A stretch of DNA of 17,285 nt from Fidelibacterota bacterium. GTDB lineage: Bacteria > Fidelibacterota > Marinisomatia > Marinisomatales > S15-B10. Below the pieces are notes generated by a model. That model was not told where the DNA came from, did not search any database, and saw nothing but the letters and a program-made list of their open reading frames with translations. Positions 9,801-16,133 of the stretch are shown one piece after another. A program made the translations under genes and the position numbers. Position 1 is the stretch's first letter; each line of letters starts with the position of its first letter. The DNA is taken from the NCBI GenBank assembly GCA_046861655.1, contig JBHIAI010000029.1:1-17285 (forward strand). The letters run 5' to 3'.

Positions 9801-9838
9801 AAACCCAAAAGCGAAATGAGGAAAAGCTTGGTTTTCAT
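6836..9838 (-). CDS. TonB-dependent receptor with N-terminal carboxypeptidase-regulatory-like domain, 1000 aa
   Basis: Signal peptide, then TGKISGSVIDRETGEPLIGANV (CarboxypepD_reg-like). Plug motifs IHIRGGRSDEVGFYIEG and GGYAAEFGG. Barrel motifs AYLQDKIEY..IIINAGLRYD, SPRLGFAFPV, LEPERTTQYEVG, NVFNTRN and terminal PRQVRFGLRLEL. AAGGGG SD. Confidence 0.95.
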   Translation of the reverse strand: MKTKLFLISLLGLLLASTAFAQTGKISGSVIDRETGEPLIGANVIVMGTSFGAATDVEGRFVILDVPSGTYSLKTTYVGYQEVTLSNVRVVAGLTVYAEDISLSSVAIEAEPIQVVAERPLIEKSATNAVRIVTSDEIEKLPVRGANEYFALQPGVVLQNDRIHIRGGRSDEVGFYIEGASAKDIVDRDGGSLINTIPEALEEVLVQAGGYAAEFGGANAGIIQQNFRTGGDRLFMSLQGETDNFGNYPGEKVLGSYSYGYSDYVVTLSGPLLFNRVRFFLAGENNFMRDYNPVFWSGSPATWFDGTPLDTVYDTGVRGGDKGDMEVLSWNAGNIPGRMRNRYGANGTLLLDFHPLRIKTAGAYTWQRQRSNTLPIMYLFAQDRLPLTDRSEVLINTKASYFLTSTSFLELNLNFLDRRTKTYDPWFKDDFLAYSDSLEAARVSEENDLGWAAQPSYTSRVRPYDFHGFQFHRPGYLLSGLTKDQRGYLGGSVAFTSQVGRHELKLGGSAENWSVRHYFVSGGRAGAQALLSFMRSNPDSARDATSLARIVRVQTTPNIYGFDEFGNVIDKGPDGPRHPKFYSAYLQDKIEYNDIIINAGLRYDYIFMDTWKLADPTRPEVDTRIYTLENVGKSQAYEYVSPRLGFAFPVTDRTVFHVQYGKFVQPPGLDVTYRGLMYSAFVFTGGYYFTNPVGYDLEPERTTQYEVGFTQQFTDFASFDLTAFYKDIRGQIQFDHVETAAGWEISQYPVYVNQDFATTKGLELSFRMRRTNRLLGQINYTFSDARGTNSFASSAGGALEGPGRVAPKIVIPLRYQQTHRGSVNLDYRFGLGDGGPILERSGINLLFTFNSGHPFTRAVSPGGLGQEDAMTGGILNDGDSRQRQPIEPINSSTTPWNSNLDVRLDKTFSLAGLDLNAYVYVQNVFNTRNVTNVYYGTGNAYDDGFLTSGDGLDVIESRGEEFGDLYRAANLENRQHNWWLNGFDLFDSPRQVRFGLRLEL

Positions 9839-9859
9839 TTCGATCCCCTTCGAAGTTAA

Positions 9860-10519
9860 TTAATCGTCCACGAATCCTGTAACGGACTGTGTTCCGTACA
9901 CCGCCACCGTGTACCTCTTGTCTGATGACAGAGCCAGAGTGTCCGAAAAGACAGCCACGTCACTGGTGTCGACCTTTACGGCGTAATCCCCTGGAGGAAC
10001 GGTGCGGTACGAACTGTGGTCTCCCAGGGAGAGATCGGCCACCGTGAACTTAGATTCATCTCCTGACAGAGTGATGCTAACAGCCTCGAATGACGGCAGA
10101 CCGTTCAAAAGCCTAACCAGGGCTGAATCAGCATTGGTGGGTTCGTCAAACGTGTACCGTTCCACCGCATTGACAAACTTGGATCCTGAGGTGTCTCCTA
10201 CAATAAATATGGTCCCCTTCTTTTCCGTGGCAAACAGAATCTTGAACGAGGTGTCCATCGTCGCCACATCCGAAAACTGTACAGTCACCGACCGGGACCC
10301 TGCATCAAAGGTCTCATAATCGCTGGCCTGACCCAGTGTAATCGCTCCGTAGGACAGATTTACGTCCGTCAGCTGTACCGTCGCGGATCCAAGGCTGGAG
10401 AGATTGGCAAATCGGAACTCGGACTGATAATCCTCCGTGGAAATGTTGGGACTGTCAATTTCGACACAACTCACAAAAAGCACGAAGACGAAGATCACTC
10501 CTAAGCGTCCTGCAGTCAT
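9860..10519 (-). CDS. DUF4397-like lipoprotein with two tandem beta-sandwich repeats
   Basis: Hydrophobic N-terminus ending in lipobox-like FVSC. Two repeats (FRFANLS...ITLGQASDYETFDAGSRSVTV and VRLLNGLP...LSLGDHSSYRTVPPGDYAVKV...KRYTVAVYG) resemble DUF4397. AAGGAG is 2 nt from ATG 10528 but 11 nt from ATG 10519, so 10519 is preferred. Confidence 0.78.
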   Translation of the reverse strand: MTAGRLGVIFVFVLFVSCVEIDSPNISTEDYQSEFRFANLSSLGSATVQLTDVNLSYGAITLGQASDYETFDAGSRSVTVQFSDVATMDTSFKILFATEKKGTIFIVGDTSGSKFVNAVERYTFDEPTNADSALVRLLNGLPSFEAVSITLSGDESKFTVADLSLGDHSSYRTVPPGDYAVKVDTSDVAVFSDTLALSSDKRYTVAVYGTQSVTGFVDD

Positions 10520-10636
10520 GTTATACATAGCTCCTTAAGTTTATGTTAGACCTAGGGTCGTGCCCTGACGCGATGAGCTGGATTTCCCCCTTACCTACAA
10601 CCGGGAAACTGGATGTATGACCAGGTCCACTCGAAA

Positions 10637-10666
10637 AATATAGACACACAGTATACATGTTGTCAA
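10637..10666 (-). promoter_or_regulatory. Sigma70-type promoter for the lipoprotein-TBDR-CTD-PorV-CTD operon
   Basis: Minus strand reads TTGACA (10666-10661), 18-nt spacer, TATATT (10642-10637), preceded by an A-rich tract (AGAAAGAAAAAATATAT). Confidence 0.7.
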
Positions 10667-10699
10667 GTACCCATATATTTTTTCTTTCTAGCCCCCTGA

Positions 10700-12799
10700 T
10701 CACCCCGAACCGGATCCCGGGACGCCGGTAGACTCCATGGAATCGAGGCGCCTGAGGATGAATTGAGCCCGACGATGGCCTGGATCACGACGCAGGGCCT
10801 CTTCCAGCACCTCCCTGGCCCTGGCCGCCTTTCCCAGAACCAGGTAGGCCTGTGCCAGGGACACATAGGCGGACACGTTCTCCCGGTCTATTTCAATCCC
10901 CTCCCGGTACGCCTGTATGGCCAGCTCAACCTCTCGTTTTCGAAAATAGGCGTGTCCCTGATTGATGAGTATGGAGGCGTCGTCCGGGTGGATTCTGTGG
11001 GCCTTCCCGTAGGCCAGAACGGCGCTGGCATAATCCCCCTTGAGGAAATACCGCGAACCGAGAAAGTCCAGAGCCAGAGCCCACCGGAGCCGGACGGGAT
11101 CCTCCCCCAACTCCAGAGCCGACACCCCCTCAGCCAGGAGGACGGCGATCTCAGCATCCTCCCTGCAGCAGAGATCCAGGGCGGCCAGAGCCAGCGCCCG
11201 GATATCCAGATCATCCGAACGGCTCAGGTTTTTCAGCCTTTCCACCGCTTCGGGGTGAAGAACGCTCCCGGGGGAAGATTGAATGCCCTCCTTGACAAAG
11301 CGGGATAGACCCATCATCTGTGCCAGAGGATGGTCCTCGTTGTCAAGCAGTAATAAGGAAGCAGCCTCCATGGGATCCTTGGTCTCCCCGGCCTCCAGAA
11401 GTTTCCTCACGGCCCTGTTGGGAGGCTTCAGCGGACCGTACCACCGGTCCGTCACAGCCTGCAACCAGGCCACCGATTTGTCCCGGTGGCACTGTTCGCA
11501 GGCCCCCTCCAGACCCAGGCTGGCATCGAATGCTGGCCGGGGAATGGAAACGGTGTGATCCGATCGGGAAAACCTGAGGTGGGTGCCGATGCCCCGGTGC
11601 TGGAAATAGGGCATGTGACACGAAGTGCACAGACTCCCCGGTGAATCCTCGGGGTGACGGGAATGACGGTCGGGGAATTCGGCTTTGCTGGGATGACAAT
11701 CCACGCACTGACCGTTGTCGAATCTCCCTACCAGGGGCCGGCCGTTGACGTCCCGGTACGTGAGACTATGGGGGTCGTGGCAGTCCACACAGGTCATGGA
11801 ACCGTTCAGATAACAGTCGCTGTACCGGTGATTCTGCTGATAGGCAAACGACCGGATCCTCCCGTCCTCCAGGAAGGGTTCACTGCCCAGAATCGGAAGC
11901 TTGAGGGAATAATAAGCCTCCAGATCTTTTCCGGGAAGATACCCGGGCTGTAGCCTATCCTTTGTGGCGTGGCATGCGAAGCAAACATTCAGCGATTCGT
12001 CCTTAGGTAGTAGCGAAAGGGAGGGCAGGCCCATATCGGGCCATTCCACCGGGTCGCCGGAGTTGACGAACTCCACGTGTTTTCTCCCCGGCCCGTGACA
12101 CGATTCGCAATTGATTCTGAGACTGGTATACCGGGTGTCAAACCGCCGGGTGGGGGGTTCATACCGGACCGTAAGCTGGCTTCCGTGGCAGTTCTGGCAG
12201 TTGGAAAACCGGCTGTGATCACCCAGAATCCGGTTCGGGGGCCAGTTCTTGAGATCGTGTAGCGAAACGGTATCGGTCACCGGCACCCAGACATCTCCCT
12301 CATCAAGCTGGACAAACCAGATGTTCTCATCGCGAATAAAATCGAAGGGGAGAAACCTCAGCGTGCCATCGGGGAAGAGGGAAAAATAGCTCTGGGTCCC
12401 TCCCCCTGCCATGGCTCCCCCACCTACCACGGCATCCACGGGGAATACCTTTTCGGCGGAGCCCTCCTGCTTCACGACAAAACGGTAGCCACCCTGGGCA
12501 TCCATCTGGGGAATCACCACCGCATCTTTGAAAACAAGGGGGTTCCCGTTGAATTTCCCGAGAATGGCCACGTCCCGGGGCGAACCTCCCGCCCTTCCAT
12601 GGGTGGAACTCTCCCACGCACGGTACTGTTCACGGTGACATTCGCCACACTCCTCGGCCCCTACAAAATCGTCGAGGGTAATTCCCGGCTCGCCAGCGGA
12701 ACCCCTGGACACAATTCGATCAAGGACCAGAACCGCAAGGAGACCAGCCAGAAAAAGCATGACAATGACCCGTCGGGCACGTGATGAGTCATTCCTCAT
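10700..12799 (-). CDS. Multiheme (8 CxxCH) c-type cytochrome with C-terminal helical/TPR repeats, 699 aa
   Basis: N-terminal hydrophobic anchor or signal. Motifs CGECH, CQNCH, CESCH, CFACH, CVDCH, CVDCH, CTSCH, CEQCH. c554/c552-like start FVGAEECGECHREQYRAWESSTH. About three TPRs (LGSRYFLKGDYASAVLAYGKA, QGHAYFRKREVELAIQAYREG, LAQAYLVLGKAARAREVLEEA). Confidence 0.9.
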   Translation of the reverse strand: MRNDSSRARRVIVMLFLAGLLAVLVLDRIVSRGSAGEPGITLDDFVGAEECGECHREQYRAWESSTHGRAGGSPRDVAILGKFNGNPLVFKDAVVIPQMDAQGGYRFVVKQEGSAEKVFPVDAVVGGGAMAGGGTQSYFSLFPDGTLRFLPFDFIRDENIWFVQLDEGDVWVPVTDTVSLHDLKNWPPNRILGDHSRFSNCQNCHGSQLTVRYEPPTRRFDTRYTSLRINCESCHGPGRKHVEFVNSGDPVEWPDMGLPSLSLLPKDESLNVCFACHATKDRLQPGYLPGKDLEAYYSLKLPILGSEPFLEDGRIRSFAYQQNHRYSDCYLNGSMTCVDCHDPHSLTYRDVNGRPLVGRFDNGQCVDCHPSKAEFPDRHSRHPEDSPGSLCTSCHMPYFQHRGIGTHLRFSRSDHTVSIPRPAFDASLGLEGACEQCHRDKSVAWLQAVTDRWYGPLKPPNRAVRKLLEAGETKDPMEAASLLLLDNEDHPLAQMMGLSRFVKEGIQSSPGSVLHPEAVERLKNLSRSDDLDIRALALAALDLCCREDAEIAVLLAEGVSALELGEDPVRLRWALALDFLGSRYFLKGDYASAVLAYGKAHRIHPDDASILINQGHAYFRKREVELAIQAYREGIEIDRENVSAYVSLAQAYLVLGKAARAREVLEEALRRDPGHRRAQFILRRLDSMESTGVPGSGSG

Positions 12800-12816
12800 C
12801 TGTCACCGGCTTCCCT

Positions 12817-12885
12817 GTCATGCTGAGCTTGTCGAAGCATGACGGACATTGTGATTGGGTCACCCTTCCTCAAGCTCAAGGTGAC
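12817..12885. repeat. Inverted pair of 27-nt REP-like palindromic elements
   Basis: GTCATGCTGAGCTTGTCGAAGCATGAC (12817-12843) and the reverse complement of 12859-12885 (GTCACCTTGAGCTTGAGGAAGGGTGAC) match at 20/27 positions. Each copy is self-complementary at its ends; the spacer is 15 nt. Confidence 0.75.
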
Positions 12886-14645
12886 ACCGTGTTTGAGGTA
12901 TTCTCTCTGGACCATGGAGCTCCTTCACAATTGCACAAGTCTCTTAAGTGGGTGATCACCCACCCGATTTCAGATCGGTCCAACGTCTGCCCGAAGGGGG
13001 GCATGAGAGGACTCTTGCCCAGGATGGCGGCTCCGGAATAGATACCGTCGAAGAGGGTGTCGTCTCCCCTCTGAGATAGCAACACAGGGTCGGACAGCAC
13101 CGCAGGTGCCACTGAAAGAAACTCCCTGTTGAACCCCTTGCCGTCTCCACGGATACCGTGGCAACTGGCACAGTACAGGCCGTAGATGTCTTCTCCGTCC
13201 CCAGCGTCAGGAGGAAGGTGGAGGGGATAATCCACCAGGGAGAGATAATTCACGGGGCTCTCCTGTCCAGTCTCATCCAGGAGAAAACGGGTCAAAAGCT
13301 CAAGATTCTTCTCTGGCATCACAGTCTTGGGCATCACCGTGCCGGGTATCACGCCCTGGGGATCGGAGATCACCCGATAGACAAACTGGGGTTGAAGTCT
13401 GGAAGGTATATTGGAGAGACTGGGGCCGATCCTTCCTCCCCTGTCTCCCAGGCGGTGGCACCCCAGGCACGACAACTTCTCCTCAATCAGACGCCTCGCT
13501 TTCCGTCTCTCGTAGGGATACAAGGGCCGGTCCGTTAATGGCGGGGAGAGGTCCGGCTGCGGATCTTTCCGGGTGGACAGATAGGCTGCCATCACCTCCA
13601 CCTCCCGGTCCGTGAGGGAAAAATCGGGCATCCGGCTCCCTGATCCGGGAATGAATCCGAAGGGCCGTACCGGCCGGGGCGCTTTCAGGTATGTCCTCAG
13701 CCACTGCGGTGAAACCCGGTTCCCCTCCCCGGACAGATCGGGAGCGGTGTGCTTTCTCCAGGGATGAAGTGAGGGGTGCCGGTGGCAGGCAAGACAGTTC
13801 TGAGACAGAAAGATTTTCTGGCCCAGGTTATGATCCACATGGGGAAATGTGCCTCTGGCTTCGTCGAAGGCCTTCTGGAGCCGGCCGCCCTGGCGCCGGC
13901 CCAGGCTGGACAGGTACTCCACAACGGTCACCAGCATCTCTGCCGATCCCGGGGTCATTCCCTCATATTCATCCTTCCCCCCAGAGGAATGAAAAAAGGA
14001 CGCGGGCATGGGAGTATCCTCTCCATCAAACCGGGCCGGATCCACCAGATACTGTTTCAACCAGGGGGTCTTCAACCGGTACCCTGTGGTGGATAAATCC
14101 ACCGCTTTGGGTGTCCCTTCCCCGAAAAGGGTATGACAGGTGGTGCATTCCAATGCTTTGAGAATCCTGTTGCCTTCCAGCGCCAGCCCCTGTGGCGAGA
14201 GGGTGGGTCCAGGCGGGTCACTCACCCCGGGAGGGGATGTTCCCCTCCCAGGAGGTACGGCGAGCTGCCTCGCAAGGAAAAGGGTCAGGGCCAGGGCCTC
14301 CTTCGGACTGAAACGAAAATCGGGCATCCGCGACAGGCCAATATGCCGCCGGACGGTAACGGGGTGTTGCAGGTACTCAAAGAGATAGCCCTCTTGATAC
14401 CGAAGCCCCGCATGGCTCAGGTCCGGTGCTTTGTGGGTCACGTTGCTGGACGCCTCCACACCCGGGTGACAGCCCGAACATCCCAGGTCAGCCAGGAGGG
14501 AATCGGCGGTGACCTGCCGGCTTTCCTCTGCCGGGAGCACGCCGGAGGGTTTCTGGGCGAACGTGAGGCCAAGGACCCCCGCAAGCAACGGGATCAGAAG
14601 AAACGTCGATTCAGTTTTCCCGGATCTGCTGTTGCCAGGTGTCAT
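12876..14645 (-). CDS. Pentaheme c-type cytochrome built from five tandem class I-like (His/Met) domains, ~589 aa
   Basis: CSGCH, CTTCH, CLACH, CLGCH and CASCH, each followed by a distal MP motif (SRMPDF, TPMPA, SRMPDF, TVMPK, LMPPF). Signal-like FLLIPLLAGVLGLTFA-Q. The start is uncertain: ATG 14645 chosen, with TTG 14588 or the ORF-track start 14741 as alternatives. Confidence 0.85.
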   Translation of the reverse strand: MTPGNSRSGKTESTFLLIPLLAGVLGLTFAQKPSGVLPAEESRQVTADSLLADLGCSGCHPGVEASSNVTHKAPDLSHAGLRYQEGYLFEYLQHPVTVRRHIGLSRMPDFRFSPKEALALTLFLARQLAVPPGRGTSPPGVSDPPGPTLSPQGLALEGNRILKALECTTCHTLFGEGTPKAVDLSTTGYRLKTPWLKQYLVDPARFDGEDTPMPASFFHSSGGKDEYEGMTPGSAEMLVTVVEYLSSLGRRQGGRLQKAFDEARGTFPHVDHNLGQKIFLSQNCLACHRHPSLHPWRKHTAPDLSGEGNRVSPQWLRTYLKAPRPVRPFGFIPGSGSRMPDFSLTDREVEVMAAYLSTRKDPQPDLSPPLTDRPLYPYERRKARRLIEEKLSCLGCHRLGDRGGRIGPSLSNIPSRLQPQFVYRVISDPQGVIPGTVMPKTVMPEKNLELLTRFLLDETGQESPVNYLSLVDYPLHLPPDAGDGEDIYGLYCASCHGIRGDGKGFNREFLSVAPAVLSDPVLLSQRGDDTLFDGIYSGAAILGKSPLMPPFGQTLDRSEIGWVITHLRDLCNCEGAPWSRENTSNTVSP

Positions 14646-15999
14646 CCCGCAATTCGCTGCGGTGGGTGGAATGAAGAAGGATGTAATCCCGGAACCCGAA
14701 AAGATCAGCGAACACAAAATGGACCCCACCCTGGAGATCATTATAGTACCATACTTCGTAAGGCTTGGTCATGGGCCCGCTGTCGTGTCGTTCGTATTCA
14801 TCCGGAGGTCCGTACACGATGTATACCCGGCCGCGATCGGTCTGCCATCCCTCCTTGTTCGCAGTACGAAACCGGGCGTTGGCGACCTCTACCCTCTGCA
14901 TGAATTCCTCCTTGTACTCGTTCTCGAACGTTTTAGGGTCGGAATCGCGTTTTTTCCAGAATTCAAAAAGAAAGCGTCGCTTGGTCCCCGGGGAAATCAG
15001 GTCCTCATACAGGGCAGTCTCGGTATCCAGGGCCACATACCTTGCCAGGTCAAATTCCCGGTCAAGATCCTTTTCGTTCATTCCTGCGTAGCCGGAGGCC
15101 CACAGGATCGCTTCCTCCTGCCAGCGCCTGGGACCATAGACGTAGAATTCCTTTCTGGAGGTCACCCGGCTGTCCGAGGCTGGATCCACGACGGAAAACT
15201 CAAAAAGATACGATCCTGGATCCAGGGAGGACACGTCGATGGATCCCACTTCAACGCTCGATTCGTGCAATCGGGGTCTGGACCGCTCCTGGGACACCAG
15301 CTCGTTTCCCAGGGGATCGTACACCTTGGCTGTGGTATAGAATTTGAGTATGTCCGGAGAAACCAGGAAATTGTATGCCTCCACGTAGTAATCCAGGGAA
15401 GGAAGGTCGCCGCCATAAATCCGGCCCGGATTGGGCACCACCTCCAGAGTGTTCTTATAGAAAGAGGAAGGGGTTGTATCCGTGGCTTTCCCGATGGAAG
15501 AACACAGTTCCACATCGCTGAGCGCAATGTCCTCACCCATGAATGAGCGGAAGGGAAGGTCGTGAGTGTTCACATGTTTGCGGGAGGTATCATTGAGGTC
15601 GAAGGATTCCACAGTTAGGGTGTACGTCCCTTCTGGGACGGTCAGCCCGATGACGCCCACCACGGTGGTAACGGATTCGAGTTGGGTGCTGTCAGCAACC
15701 TGGTGGGGAATACTCCAGACCCGGTTCACGATCACCTCCTGGTCGCCAGGGGACGCTACGGCACCATGGAGAAGAAGACCTCCCTGGAGATGATCGTCCT
15801 CCTGTTCGTAGGTCAGGTCCGAAACATCGAAGGCATAGTAGATTTCCACATAGTTTTCCCCGTCACGGTATCGAAACTGGGCAACATCGGTATCGATGCG
15901 CAAGCCGTCGGTCTGAATCCCTGGAAGGGGAGACGGAGCCAAAGGGGACAAAAGCGTGATGACAACAACAGCGACAATCCTGAGGAGCAAGGGATCCAT
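14611..15999 (-). CDS. GWxTD domain-containing protein, 462 aa
   Basis: Signature FLFEFWKKRD.DP.T.ENE...F.QRVEVANARF....EGWQTDRGRVYIVYGPPD...PYEVWYY...FVFAD; N-terminal signal peptide; Ig-like N-terminal region. TTG at 15990 is an alternative start with better spacing from AAGGA. Confidence 0.92.
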   Translation of the reverse strand: MDPLLLRIVAVVVITLLSPLAPSPLPGIQTDGLRIDTDVAQFRYRDGENYVEIYYAFDVSDLTYEQEDDHLQGGLLLHGAVASPGDQEVIVNRVWSIPHQVADSTQLESVTTVVGVIGLTVPEGTYTLTVESFDLNDTSRKHVNTHDLPFRSFMGEDIALSDVELCSSIGKATDTTPSSFYKNTLEVVPNPGRIYGGDLPSLDYYVEAYNFLVSPDILKFYTTAKVYDPLGNELVSQERSRPRLHESSVEVGSIDVSSLDPGSYLFEFSVVDPASDSRVTSRKEFYVYGPRRWQEEAILWASGYAGMNEKDLDREFDLARYVALDTETALYEDLISPGTKRRFLFEFWKKRDSDPKTFENEYKEEFMQRVEVANARFRTANKEGWQTDRGRVYIVYGPPDEYERHDSGPMTKPYEVWYYNDLQGGVHFVFADLFGFRDYILLHSTHRSELRDDTWQQQIREN

Positions 16000-16012
16000 T
16001 CCTTACAGAATT

Positions 16013-16041
16013 AATGTAATGATTGTCCCTGGGTTTTTAAA
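16013..16041 (-). promoter_or_regulatory. Candidate sigma70-type promoter for the GWxTD-cytochrome unit
   Basis: Minus strand TTTAAA (16041-16036), 17-nt spacer, TACATT (16018-16013), in the AT-rich divergent intergenic region. Confidence 0.4.
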
Positions 16042-16053
16042 GGCCATTATTGC

Positions 16054-16083
16054 TTGACAAGCTCACCGGGGATTCACTAAGAT
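16054..16083 (+). promoter_or_regulatory. Sigma70-type promoter for the divergent TBDR
   Basis: TTGACA (16054-16059), 18-nt spacer, TAAGAT (16078-16083), about 50 nt upstream of the GGGAG SD and ATG 16134. Confidence 0.65.
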
Positions 16084-16133
16084 TCGAAAAATCTCCTGAT
16101 GAAACAAGAAAACGTACCTGGGGGGAGATCGTA

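Noticed and set aside
10521..10703. 60-aa minus-strand ORF spanning the intergenic region
   Set aside because: It covers the predicted promoter and leader, has no convincing SD or motif, and is likely a chance ORF.
12781..13041. 86-aa plus-strand ORF containing MLSLSKHD and LPQAQGD
   Set aside because: These peptides are just translations of the REP-like repeat; the ORF is antisense to real genes.
2432..14645. MtrAB-like porin-cytochrome conduit formed by the cytochromes and the barrels
   Set aside because: Neither barrel resembles MtrB: one is a plugged TBDR and the other a small PorV-like barrel. An internal promoter also separates the cytochromes from them.
14646..14741. ORF-track N-terminal extension of the pentaheme cytochrome
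   Set aside because: It would overlap the conserved GWxTD C-terminus by 131 nt and put about 45 residues before the signal core.
16052..16062. Palindrome GCTTG-A-CAAGC over the -35 box
   Set aside because: It is largely explained by the inherent near-symmetry of TTGACAA and has only 5-bp arms.
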